Source of the DNA: a virus
Lineage: Duplodnaviria; Caudoviricetes
Reading direction: 5' to 3' (one strand)
Virus record (IMG/VR): IMGVR_UViG_3300020045_003630
Location: 1-32,169 of that record
DNA length: 32,169 nucleotides
Made by a program: the position numbers and the translations under genes. The notes under the pieces are model-generated. The model was given only the letters and a program-made list of their open reading frames with translations, had not been told where the DNA came from and ran no database searches. This document shows, in pieces, positions 1-8,604 of the stretch (the stretch's first letter is position 1; every line of letters begins with the position of its first letter).

Positions 1-1170
1 TGGTATATAAGCTGTTATCTTTTTATTCTCTCTGATAGCTGATCTGAATATCCATTGAAGCATTTCAGATAGAGCTATAATGTCCTCATTTATAGTTATA
101 CCACGTTTAGAAAAGAATCTTATTAGGTACGGGTTGGTAAATCTATTTATTGTGTATGCAACAACTGTTTTATGTCTAAAATCATTAGTAGCTCTCATGT
201 TGTGAGAGCAGAATGTTGATGCTCCTTTATATCCATTATCAGAAAGCCTTGATCTACTTTCTTTAAATGTTGTCCATAAAAAGTCTTTTGATTTTGTCTT
301 TGTTATATTCCTGAAATAATTAGAAAGGTTCCTTTTCATCTGCTCACACCTTACTTTCTTCTTTTTAATATTATTATACCAAGAGAAAGAAAGATCGTTT
401 ATTCCATTACCTATATTATTGATCTTATGATTTTCTACTATAGACACTAAACTTTTATACATACTAATATCTGGATCTCTATATGGGATCAGTTTTTGAG
501 TATTGTAGTCTATTGATAGGTAATCATACTCTACATGGTACAACTCAAAATAAGGGCACATTAAAGACGCCTTAAACAGATAAGTCATTATATAAACTTC
601 AGAGAATAGCTCAAACACATCATAAGGGAAACACCAAACTAATAATTTATCATCATCATAGAATAATCTCCCACCTTTTGCCATTTCTATGATGTAATCC
701 CAAGCTCCAGAATAGTCTGTATTTGGACCTATATGTACACTACCATCCTCATCAATAACAATATTACCACCGGCTATAAGATTATTAGTATCACTCTTTG
801 TTATGTCTAAATGACACAACACTTCTAATACTTCATCTAATATCAACACATAATTATTGATTCTGAGCAGTTCCATAACCTCATCATCAATATCTTTAAA
901 TAACGCATGAGTAGATGCTATATTACAATTCTTAAATATAAGACTCTTCAAGGAATCGAGCTTACCCCTCCCATAGTTTTCAGGTTGATATAGGATTCTA
1001 TGTGTCTCCCCATCAACCATCTCACCAACTTCAGTAATAACTCTATTTATCTCTGTTAGAAATGGTGTGATATAACAGAAATTAACCTGAGGATCAGCTT
1101 CCCTCATCATTTTTATTGCCATAGTTGTTTTACCAGATCCCATCTTATCATCCACAACTTTTAGAATCAT
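1..1170 (-). CDS. SF2 (DExx) helicase-like protein, putative origin-binding/replication initiator; 3' end beyond left edge
   Basis: Absent from the ORF track (truncated). Manual translation from ATG 1170: MILKVVDDKMGSGKTT (Walker A), NYVLILDEV (Walker B, ~830-855), and LSEMLQWIFRSAIRENKKITAYIP at the window edge, all in one frame. RBS GGAGG at 1182-1186. Confidence 0.85.
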   Translation of the reverse strand, partial: MILKVVDDKMGSGKTTMAIKMMREADPQVNFCYITPFLTEINRVITEVGEMVDGETHRILYQPENYGRGKLDSLKSLIFKNCNIASTHALFKDIDDEVMELLRINNYVLILDEVLEVLCHLDITKSDTNNLIAGGNIVIDEDGSVHIGPNTDYSGAWDYIIEMAKGGRLFYDDDKLLVWCFPYDVFELFSEVYIMTYLFKASLMCPYFELYHVEYDYLSIDYNTQKLIPYRDPDISMYKSLVSIVENHKINNIGNGINDLSFSWYNNIKKKKVRCEQMKRNLSNYFRNITKTKSKDFLWTTFKESRSRLSDNGYKGASTFCSHNMRATNDFRHKTVVAYTINRFTNPYLIRFFSKRGITINEDIIALSEMLQWIFRSAIRENKKITAYIP

Positions 1171-1210
1171 ATAATATATAGCCTCCAACCTTTGTTAGTT
1201 TAAATATATG

Positions 1211-1239
1211 ACAATAACATATAGATATAAATAAGTCAA
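1211..1239 (-). promoter_or_regulatory. Putative sigma70-type promoter for the helicase-like gene
   Basis: Minus strand TTGACT-17 nt-TATTGT with TG extended -10, ~40 nt upstream of the ATG. Confidence 0.45.
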
Positions 1240-1484
1240 CACAATAACAACATAATCATCAAATATAAATTTTACCAGATTACAGCTGGTAATTCCAAAT
1301 TTTAACGTAATCATAGTAGGCACTTATGGCTATTTGCCATAAAAGAGGTAAGTGTGTGGTAAAAATATAATATTCTATCCCAAGGGGATAAATAGTATAC
1401 TCTTAAATCTTATTTCTTAAGGATAATTAGTGTAGATAATTCTATATGCAAAGCATATCAATATAATACACACAAGCTAATAGG

Positions 1485-1821
1485 GACGTTAAGAAAACAG
1501 AGCGAAGCGCTGTGTTTTTAGGACCGTCCTAAGAGGAGCCACACACTAAGAGTACATGAACCTGCACAGGCAGGTGAGAGACCTATTATTATTAAAAAGA
1601 AAAAGAAAAAGTCCTTAGTTTCTAAAACTCATCTCTAAGATTTAAAGACCTATTAAGTATTGAAGTTTTAAGATAAAGTCTTTAGATACTAAAAGCATTT
1701 TTTTCTCTTTTTATTATAATTATAAAGTACTGGCCTGCCTGCCAGGCCCATGTTCTCTTAGTGTGTGGCTCTCATAGGGCATTCCTAAAAATAAAGTAAA
1801 TTACTTTATTTTCTTAACGTC
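1485..1821. repeat. 337-bp imperfect inverted repeat with nested hairpins and an AT-rich centre (candidate replication origin)
   Basis: Perfect arm matches GACGTTAAGAAAA 1485-1497 / 1809-1821 and GAGCCACACACTAAGAG 1536-1552 / 1755-1771, both centred on ~1653, with looser matches in between. Confidence 0.9.
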
Positions 1822-2042
1822 ATTATTCTATCAGTTCAGGGAACTAAATCTAATATGTTAATCTTTCTATAAAGAAGCTTCTCCTATAAAGCTTACTACT
1901 TTGTTTGTTATACAAACAGATCCGTAGTAAAGATGTTTTTATGTGTGTGTTTCTTTCCAAGAAAGAATACATGGGATCTTATAGGTGATTACGTTTTTAT
2001 AATTTTAATAGGTTTACTTATATATAATGGTGTAAATCTCAT

Positions 2043-2152
2043 TTTCATAGGAACTTTCACAGGCAATTTCACAGGAACTCTTAGGTGTAATTTTGGTACT
2101 CTATTTCATGTGAAACTCACAGGTATATTTTGTGAAACTCAGATATGAAACT
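2043..2152. repeat. Iteron-like short repeats (TTTCAYAGG x3, TGTGAAACTCA x2)
   Basis: TTTCA(T/C)AGG at 2043, 2055, 2067 (12-bp period). TGTGAAACTCA at 2109 and 2131. TGAAACT at 2146. Confidence 0.65.
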
Positions 2153-2214
2153 TGCTATTGTAATTAAAGTATTGTCATGTAATAATATATTACCTACAGT
2201 AATGACTAAGTATC

Positions 2215-2242
2215 TTGACTTTTGAGTAATCCATGATATACT
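2215..2242 (+). promoter_or_regulatory. Putative sigma70-type promoter
   Basis: TTGACT-16 nt-TATACT with TG extended -10. Confidence 0.55.
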
Positions 2243-2311
2243 AATAAGTATTTAGAAGTTACAAGTATGTAAGAGTTACACTTTTGAAATAACCTGTAAT
2301 AGAGAGTGCCT

Positions 2312-2464
2312 ATGTATCAAAGGATTTTATGTGTTGTTGTAATAATCTATATGTGTTTGTGCATCATATTTATTGATGATGTGAGACGGTGGTATGTTGA
2401 TATGGTTTATAATGATTGTATTATTGTGTATTCAAACAAAGTGGTGATTGCAGATGAAGAATAA
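2312..2464 (+). CDS. Small putative membrane protein (50 aa)
   Basis: Manual translation MYQRILCVVVIIYMCLCIIFIDDVRRW...; hydrophobic N-terminus; lies just downstream of the promoter and overlaps the next start codon. Confidence 0.4.
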   Translation: MYQRILCVVVIIYMCLCIIFIDDVRRWYVDMVYNDCIIVYSNKVVIADEE

Positions 2465-3026
2465 CATAGCGTGGTTTATATTCTTTGTTCTATGTATTTT
2501 AGCTATGTGTGGGTATCCAGATTGGATACATATTTGTTACTCAGACACCTATAATAGGTCTAACTGGCCCCATTGGGTTGATGAAGATCATGATGGTTTT
2601 AATACCAGAGAGGAAGTGTTACTTAGGGATAATGTTGGTGATGTAGTCTTCAATGGAAACCGTGGGATAACTGTAGTATCAGGAACCTGGATATGCCCTT
2701 ACACAGGAAAGGTATTCCACAAGGTAGGTGATATAGATATAGACCACATAGTGCCTTTAGGTAACGCATACAGATCAGGAGGGAGTACTTGGTCTAAGGA
2801 ACAAAGAAGAGTATTCGCTAATGACATGGATAATCTCTTAAGTGTGGAGGATAATGCTAATCAAGAAAAAGGAGATAAAGGACCAGAGTTCTGGAAACCA
2901 GCTATTAAGGGTTATTGGAAACAGTATGCTACATCTTGGATAAAGATAAAAGATAAATACAATCTCAGTTATACCAAAGAAGAGGCCGAAGCATTAGAGT
3001 TTATGTTGAATGGTAGTATCAGATGA
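2454..3026 (+). CDS. Secreted/membrane-anchored HNH-type nuclease (DUF1524-like)
   Basis: N-terminal hydrophobic segment; motifs TREEVLLRD, W.CPYTG, DIDHIVPL, FANDMDNL..V...NQEKGD.GPE.W.P. Confidence 0.85.
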   Translation: MKNNIAWFIFFVLCILAMCGYPDWIHICYSDTYNRSNWPHWVDEDHDGFNTREEVLLRDNVGDVVFNGNRGITVVSGTWICPYTGKVFHKVGDIDIDHIVPLGNAYRSGGSTWSKEQRRVFANDMDNLLSVEDNANQEKGDKGPEFWKPAIKGYWKQYATSWIKIKDKYNLSYTKEEAEALEFMLNGSIR

Positions 3027-3226
3027 TTCTTGCCATATCCTATGGACTATATCCTAAGCGTTTTTAACGGTGTTTTACGATGGTTTGTGTTTATCTGATA
3101 TGGTAGTATGTGTTTGAGGTATATCATAAAATTTGATGGTGTTAAGCTAATGTAATTGTGGCTAATATAAACAATATAACAAAAGGGAGCTATAGAAGTA
3201 AGGTGCGTCTCTTAAGGAAATGAAAA

Positions 3227-3535
3227 ATGAAAAGAAACAATGAAAGATCATTGCATAGCAATGAAAGGTCTTCACGTAGTAAAGAGAGGAGTAATAGGTG
3301 TGTAGCCTGTGATGCTTTGTTAGATAATGATTCAAATGATAATATGTGTGATGACTGCCTTGGTATGATTACTAAATTACCTCCGGCTACAGAGTATAGA
3401 GGAAGTACTAAATCAATAAAGGTAAGGTCTTCTTATGATGAAATGTCAATAGATGATTATCTGGAGCAATTGGCACAGGGTAGTTTGTATAATGAAAGCA
3501 TGTATCTTGGGGATTTATGCAAGTCTGATATTTAA
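3227..3535 (+). CDS. Hypothetical protein with CxxC...CxxC zinc finger
   Basis: CVAC...CDDC; RBS AAGGA upstream. Confidence 0.6.
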   Translation: MKRNNERSLHSNERSSRSKERSNRCVACDALLDNDSNDNMCDDCLGMITKLPPATEYRGSTKSIKVRSSYDEMSIDDYLEQLAQGSLYNESMYLGDLCKSDI

Positions 3536-3622
3536 AGGTGTATGCATCATAGTTTAAGTAACTACAAATAAGGAATCAAACTTTATGTGGGGTAAACTTG
3601 GTCTTAGAAGGAAGGTGAATTG

Positions 3623-5320
3623 ATGGTAGATTATTTTGTATCTCAAACAGCACAGGGAACGGGTTCAGGCCTTACCCCGGAGAACGCTGCTGCAATTGCA
3701 TCATACAATTCTGGTCTTGGAGTTTTTGCTTTTTTGGGAGGCGACACGGTCTTTTTACTTGGAGCCATAACAACACAGGTTACAGTAAGGACCGGATCTG
3801 CTGGCAGTATCCATACGCTTAGGGGTGATTACTCACTTGACACACAAGGGTCAATTATCTCCGCAGGAACAAGCAGAAGTTTGTATCTCAATGATGTTGA
3901 TTATGTAGATATTGTCGGATTAATAGTACTCCCAGGAACCTTGCAAGGGGCCTATGCCAATATCTGCAATAATATTACTTTTGAAAACTGCACGATATCA
4001 GGCCCGACTGGATTATATACAAATTCATGTAATGATTTGACGATTAAAAACATTAACAGCACCGGAACATCCGGGGTAAATTATGCAGTCAGGATTGATG
4101 GGGCTTCTAACTCCTGCACGATTGACGGATTAACTATCCCATCAAGTACCGGATATGGTCTGTATGTGAATTTGTCTGGGAGTATGAGCCTTTCGAATAT
4201 TGACATCCAGGATACACAGTATTGTGCGATCAGAATCGGGTGTAGCAACAATGCAAGCATTTATGGTCGTGATTGGTACGCTAAGGGGGTAGGTCAAGCA
4301 GGGGCAGGTAACGTTTATGGAATTTGGATTTCAGGCACAGGTTTCACGGGTTTAAGTGCAGATTTAAAAAACATCAATGTGGAGGACTCAGGCGAGAGAG
4401 GTTTATTCTTAAATGGTGGAACATGGACAAGCGCAACTCTCGACACATGTAGGATCACTGGTGCTACTGCCGATGGTATTTATGCAGCTCTCATTAACAA
4501 TTGGACTATAAAAAATAGTGTTGTAACGTCCTCTGGATTATCCGGGATCAGGTTTATTGGTGGTAATGGATGCACAATCCAAAAAACGACTGTCACAGAC
4601 TCTGGGGTAGATAATATCTCGTTTGATGAAAACTCTATCGGGCATACAGTCATAGGCTGTATCTGCTCAGGGGCAGGACAAACAGACGAGGTAGGGTACG
4701 GTGATGGAATAACCGCCCACGCAGGATGTACTGACCTCATTATTGCTATGAATGTTTTTCACAGTAATAAAAATTCAGGCGCAGCATTTGTTCAATCGAG
4801 TTCTGGAGTTTTTCTCTATAATACCGTTTTTAACAATGGCGATATTACATCTGTCAATATGGGGGTTAGAGGTGGCTTTTATTATACCCCAGCCCTTTCC
4901 GATGGTTGGGAAGTTAAATGGAATATTATTAAAGACAATCTACCATATGAGATACATTTAAACGCTGATGGCTTATCATCAATTACAGTTGATAGTAATT
5001 ATTATCAACACACTGATGATGATTTTTGCTCGGTGGATGGCGGTAGTAGTGCATTAACATGGGACGCATACCACGCAACATATGAGCCAAATTCTGTTTA
5101 TACCAATCCTCTATTGATTGGCACAGGCAAAATATCCTCAACATCCCCCTGCATAGATATTGGAGTTTACATAGCTGACGTAAACATGGAGGGCCAAGCA
5201 GATCCTTGGGGGAAGAAGATATATGGTCTTCCTAACATAGGAGCCGACCAGGGAGCAGGTATGCCAAGATCAGCAAGATCCACAATCCTCGACCTATCAA
5301 ACAATCCATCGGTTTTTTAA
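3623..5320 (+). CDS. Right-handed parallel beta-helix (pectin-lyase-like) protein; putative tailspike/depolymerase or appendage
   Basis: Repeated G(I/L)x(I/V)...N.T(I/F).N coils; N-terminal YFVSQTAQGTGSG..P; C-terminal SPCIDIG...DPWG...PNIGADQ. ATG 3623 follows TTG 3620. Confidence 0.8.
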   Translation: MVDYFVSQTAQGTGSGLTPENAAAIASYNSGLGVFAFLGGDTVFLLGAITTQVTVRTGSAGSIHTLRGDYSLDTQGSIISAGTSRSLYLNDVDYVDIVGLIVLPGTLQGAYANICNNITFENCTISGPTGLYTNSCNDLTIKNINSTGTSGVNYAVRIDGASNSCTIDGLTIPSSTGYGLYVNLSGSMSLSNIDIQDTQYCAIRIGCSNNASIYGRDWYAKGVGQAGAGNVYGIWISGTGFTGLSADLKNINVEDSGERGLFLNGGTWTSATLDTCRITGATADGIYAALINNWTIKNSVVTSSGLSGIRFIGGNGCTIQKTTVTDSGVDNISFDENSIGHTVIGCICSGAGQTDEVGYGDGITAHAGCTDLIIAMNVFHSNKNSGAAFVQSSSGVFLYNTVFNNGDITSVNMGVRGGFYYTPALSDGWEVKWNIIKDNLPYEIHLNADGLSSITVDSNYYQHTDDDFCSVDGGSSALTWDAYHATYEPNSVYTNPLLIGTGKISSTSPCIDIGVYIADVNMEGQADPWGKKIYGLPNIGADQGAGMPRSARSTILDLSNNPSVF

Positions 5321-5334
5321 GGAGCAAATATTAA

Positions 5335-5775
5335 ATGACAATGCTTAATGGATTACAAGAAGAAATAGCAATACATCCTGAGTTTGTGGGTGCATCAAGA
5401 GAGATCATAATCAACGCCCTTAATGCCGACGGGACATCAATTGCAGACACCTGGGTTACAATGCCACTTGAGTCACGAAAGATTGCAATATCCAAGTTGA
5501 AGCTGCTTACGTATCTTACAGGAGAGCAGCGAAAGGGGCTCAGGGTGATGCTTGCTGGCACAAGTGACGCTGAGAAAGATTTGGCTATGCTCTACAATTC
5601 GGATGATACTTTTTGGATCAATGATCCGTTCTTTCTGGAAATGTTAACAGGTATTTATACTGCATTGGCAATGGATGATAGTGTTTTTGCAGAGATAAAG
5701 AGACTCGGAGAACGGAAGATTAGTAGAGCAGAAGAGCTATTTGGCAGGCTGATTACAGAAGGAGATTTTAAATAA
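5335..5775 (+). CDS. Hypothetical protein, possible fibre assembly factor
   Basis: Strong RBS AAGGAG; position directly after the beta-helix gene. Confidence 0.6.
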   Translation: MTMLNGLQEEIAIHPEFVGASREIIINALNADGTSIADTWVTMPLESRKIAISKLKLLTYLTGEQRKGLRVMLAGTSDAEKDLAMLYNSDDTFWINDPFFLEMLTGIYTALAMDDSVFAEIKRLGERKISRAEELFGRLITEGDFK

Positions 5776-6209
5776 TGGCAAATGAAATACTGCAAAAATC
5801 AAGAGATACTATACCTGCCCAAGCTTCTGGCCCCTTAGCTGCTGGAATATACCCATATGATACGGTCAATTATACTGGAGGTGCAGCAACAGTAATCAAT
5901 AATACCCTTGGGACTGAAAACTCTAAAGGTGCAGAATGGCTCAACTTGCAGCTAAACGTTACTATTCCGCATGCTACACTCCCAGCAACAGCTCAGATAT
6001 GGTTCAGGGGATCTGAGGACGGAGTAAATTATACTCGCTTCAAATATTCGCATACCGTTGGAGACTCAATTCTTGCTGCAACCGTAGCATTGTATGATGC
6101 CGGGATGTTCCAGCTATCATACCAGTACACAGAGCTAAAGGTTATGGCGGTTAGCTATGGCTTTACCTCAACATTGCTTGCAACCCCCAAATTGATGGAA
6201 CTGCAATAA
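5775..6209 (+). CDS. Hypothetical beta-sandwich-like virion protein
   Basis: TAATG overlap with the previous gene; beta-rich composition. Confidence 0.6.
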   Translation: MANEILQKSRDTIPAQASGPLAAGIYPYDTVNYTGGAATVINNTLGTENSKGAEWLNLQLNVTIPHATLPATAQIWFRGSEDGVNYTRFKYSHTVGDSILAATVALYDAGMFQLSYQYTELKVMAVSYGFTSTLLATPKLMELQ

Positions 6210-6210
6210 A

Positions 6211-7776
6211 TTGGGCACGTTTCTAAGACAGAAATACAAAGAGAAGCCCCAAGCTTGGGGTCCGGTGGCTGCTGTTCAGCGGTCGCTGTTTATGAATGCT
6301 GAGAGTATTGGGATTGATCCTGGTATTATAGGGTTTGCCGATATTGGGTGGTCAGCAGTGAGGTCTGATTACATCAAAAAATTGGTCGGGGTTAATACTG
6401 GAGGGGTTACTTTTAAAGATAATTCTCCATCATATAATGGCACTGGGTACACCCTTTTTGGAAGGCCCTTGTTATTCAGCGGTAGAACCAAAGTAACCGT
6501 TTTGGCTATTGCAAGACCTAAAACAATTACAGACCACGATATGGTTGTCTCAGAAACGACCATTTCTGCTCTAAACAATGGATGGGGATTAGAATTTTAT
6601 GGTGGCAATGCTCGTTTTTTTATAAATTCATGGAACCTTAATGTAGCCTACGTAGGAATATCCCCCGGAGTAGAATCCGTTTTAATAGGCAGATATGATG
6701 GTGGTGAAGCAGCAAATCAAATTAATATATGGAATTCTGGGGTAAAAGGCACACCCGACACATATACAGCAGCTATAAACTCAAACGCAGACATAAATCT
6801 TAATAAATTAGCGGTAGCATCTGGGTTCTCCGGCAACAACGTAGACGGTGAAATACCATTAATCGTTTTGTTTACCGATGCGTTACCAGATTCCCAAATA
6901 GCCCTACTATCAGACAACCCATACCAACTCCTCCAGCCAGTGCCGATGCGAAGTTACAGCTTTGCAAGTGATGAGCCGACAGGCCAAACAATATCACAAA
7001 ACTTAGCATGGAAGCTCCTTGCAGACAGAGCCCAAGAAATATCATGGAATACCTTAACCGAAGAATCCAAAGAATCAGCCTGGAAAATCTTTAACAGCAA
7101 AGAGCAAGAATCATCTTGGAATATCAAAAAAGAAAAGAGTCAGGACACAGCCTGGAAAATTCTAACATTAGGGGGTATGAGTCAAGAAACAGCATGGAGG
7201 ATATTAGCAGACAATGAGCAAGATTTAGCTTGGAATATCAAAGCTGACAAAGCTCAAGAATTATCATGGAGAATATCAACCCAAAATAATCTCAATAGCT
7301 CATGGAATCTCAAGATAGCAATCAACCAGAATACCGCATGGAGAATCTTGGCAACAGGGGGCATGAGCCAAGAAATATCATGGAGGATATTAACAGGCCA
7401 GGAACAATCTACCGCCTGGAATATTAAGACAAGCAAGGCCCAGGAATCAGCCTGGAGAATCATAAACAGCTCTGACTCTCAAACCGCTTGGAGAATAGCA
7501 ACAGATTTAGAATCTTCAATGGCTTGGAGAATCTTAAACAGTGCATCCAGAGATTCAGCTTGGAAGATATCAACCAGGGACAATCAAAATTTATCCTGGA
7601 ACCTAAAGGCTGACATTGGCTTAGATCTTTCATGGAAAATCATAACCGTAACAGATCAAGATGTTTCATGGTCAATACTCACAGATGTCATTCCAGTTCC
7701 ACTTTATGAGTTCACAAAACAAGCAAGAACATTCATCTTTAATAAGCAGGCAAGAACATTCATCTTTTTTAAATAA
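6211..7776 (+). CDS. LamG/concanavalin-like domain plus Trp-repeat shaft; putative fibre
   Basis: N-terminal half is jelly-roll-like (GWGLEFYGGNARFFI...IGRYDG...INIWNSGVKG...DGEI...ALPDSQI). C-terminal half is 19 x 12-aa (A/S)W(R/K/N)I repeats. Confidence 0.75.
   Translation: MGTFLRQKYKEKPQAWGPVAAVQRSLFMNAESIGIDPGIIGFADIGWSAVRSDYIKKLVGVNTGGVTFKDNSPSYNGTGYTLFGRPLLFSGRTKVTVLAIARPKTITDHDMVVSETTISALNNGWGLEFYGGNARFFINSWNLNVAYVGISPGVESVLIGRYDGGEAANQINIWNSGVKGTPDTYTAAINSNADINLNKLAVASGFSGNNVDGEIPLIVLFTDALPDSQIALLSDNPYQLLQPVPMRSYSFASDEPTGQTISQNLAWKLLADRAQEISWNTLTEESKESAWKIFNSKEQESSWNIKKEKSQDTAWKILTLGGMSQETAWRILADNEQDLAWNIKADKAQELSWRISTQNNLNSSWNLKIAINQNTAWRILATGGMSQEISWRILTGQEQSTAWNIKTSKAQESAWRIINSSDSQTAWRIATDLESSMAWRILNSASRDSAWKISTRDNQNLSWNLKADIGLDLSWKIITVTDQDVSWSILTDVIPVPLYEFTKQARTFIFNKQARTFIFFK
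6991..7686 (+). repeat. Coding tandem repeat, 19 x 36 nt
   Basis: One Trp every 12 aa, with two GG insertions: 232 aa = 19x12 + 4. Confidence 0.9.
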
Positions 7777-7789
7777 GGAATAAATTATT

Positions 7790-8296
7790 ATGGCATCAAC
7801 TTTGGTTTTAAGATTAACGAATGCAGCAACCCAATCAACCCCTGGTATTTCTCTGGGTGGGATCATGAGCGCAAATGAGGTGTCATCAACTGCGCTTAAC
7901 AATATTTATGACGATGTTTCACCAGCAGAGCGTATCTCCGGCATTCCTAAAGAATATCGAGCTATTGATGTTTATAACTCCGGGGATGCAACAGCAGAAG
8001 CTGTACAGATTTATATGTCAGTAGATACTGCAAGTACTTATACAGTATTGCACATCGGGCATGATGCCACAAACAACCCCCATGTTGCAGGATGGAATGG
8101 GGAGTTATTGTCAACAGACACTACAGATCCTGCATCACCAGTAATTACTTTTGCTGAAAGAACATCAACAAGTAAATTGGCTCTGCCAAACATTCCAGCT
8201 GGATCGGCTTGCAGGGTATTCTTTAAAAGAATTGTAACAGCAAATGCAGTAAACATGGCTAACGATCTCGGAACAGTTACGGTTGAGTACGCATAA
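7790..8296 (+). CDS. Hypothetical virion structural protein
   Basis: RBS AAGGA; SLGG.MS.NEV....LNN.YDDVS..E...G..EYR resembles the N-termini of phage tail-associated proteins. Confidence 0.6.
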   Translation: MASTLVLRLTNAATQSTPGISLGGIMSANEVSSTALNNIYDDVSPAERISGIPKEYRAIDVYNSGDATAEAVQIYMSVDTASTYTVLHIGHDATNNPHVAGWNGELLSTDTTDPASPVITFAERTSTSKLALPNIPAGSACRVFFKRIVTANAVNMANDLGTVTVEYA

Positions 8297-8310
8297 GGAG
8301 TAATCTTACT

Positions 8311-8604
8311 ATGCACACAATCACAAAGCAGCCATGGGAGACTTTTCCAGTAGCAATTGATTTCTCTGGTGATATGATTGCAGGTGAGGTTATATCATTA
8401 GCAAATAGTGAAGTAGAAGTTGATGCTGTAACTGTTGAGAATCCTATGGTAGTTGCAGGATCTTTAACAGTTGTTGATGGTACAAAACTTCAAGTAACTA
8501 TTTATGGTGGTGTTCCTTTTGTAACTTATAAGGTTAATTTTAGAGCTTATATAAACACAGATAAGAAACTTGAGGATGATCTTAATATTATTATCGAGAA
8601 GTAG
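8311..8604 (+). CDS. Small Ig-like fibre adaptor protein (putative)
   Basis: 97 aa with K.P.E......DF and GG....YKV motifs typical of phage fibre-tail adaptors; RBS AAGGAG. Confidence 0.6.
   Translation: MHTITKQPWETFPVAIDFSGDMIAGEVISLANSEVEVDAVTVENPMVVAGSLTVVDGTKLQVTIYGGVPFVTYKVNFRAYINTDKKLEDDLNIIIEK

Noticed and set aside
1485-1821. Protelomerase target or IS/MITE terminal repeats
   Set aside because: The centre is not a perfect palindrome as telomere resolution sites require; no protelomerase, transposase or target-site duplication was seen.
1933-2148. 71-aa ORF
   Set aside because: No clear RBS, and its periodic C-terminus is explained by DNA repeats. It cannot be fully excluded as a small membrane protein.
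6991-7686. 36-nt periodicity as a CRISPR array
   Set aside because: The repeats are degenerate at synonymous positions, in frame and without spacers; no cas genes.
7723-7767. DGR variable/template repeat
   Set aside because: Too short, adjacent, and no reverse transcriptase in the window.
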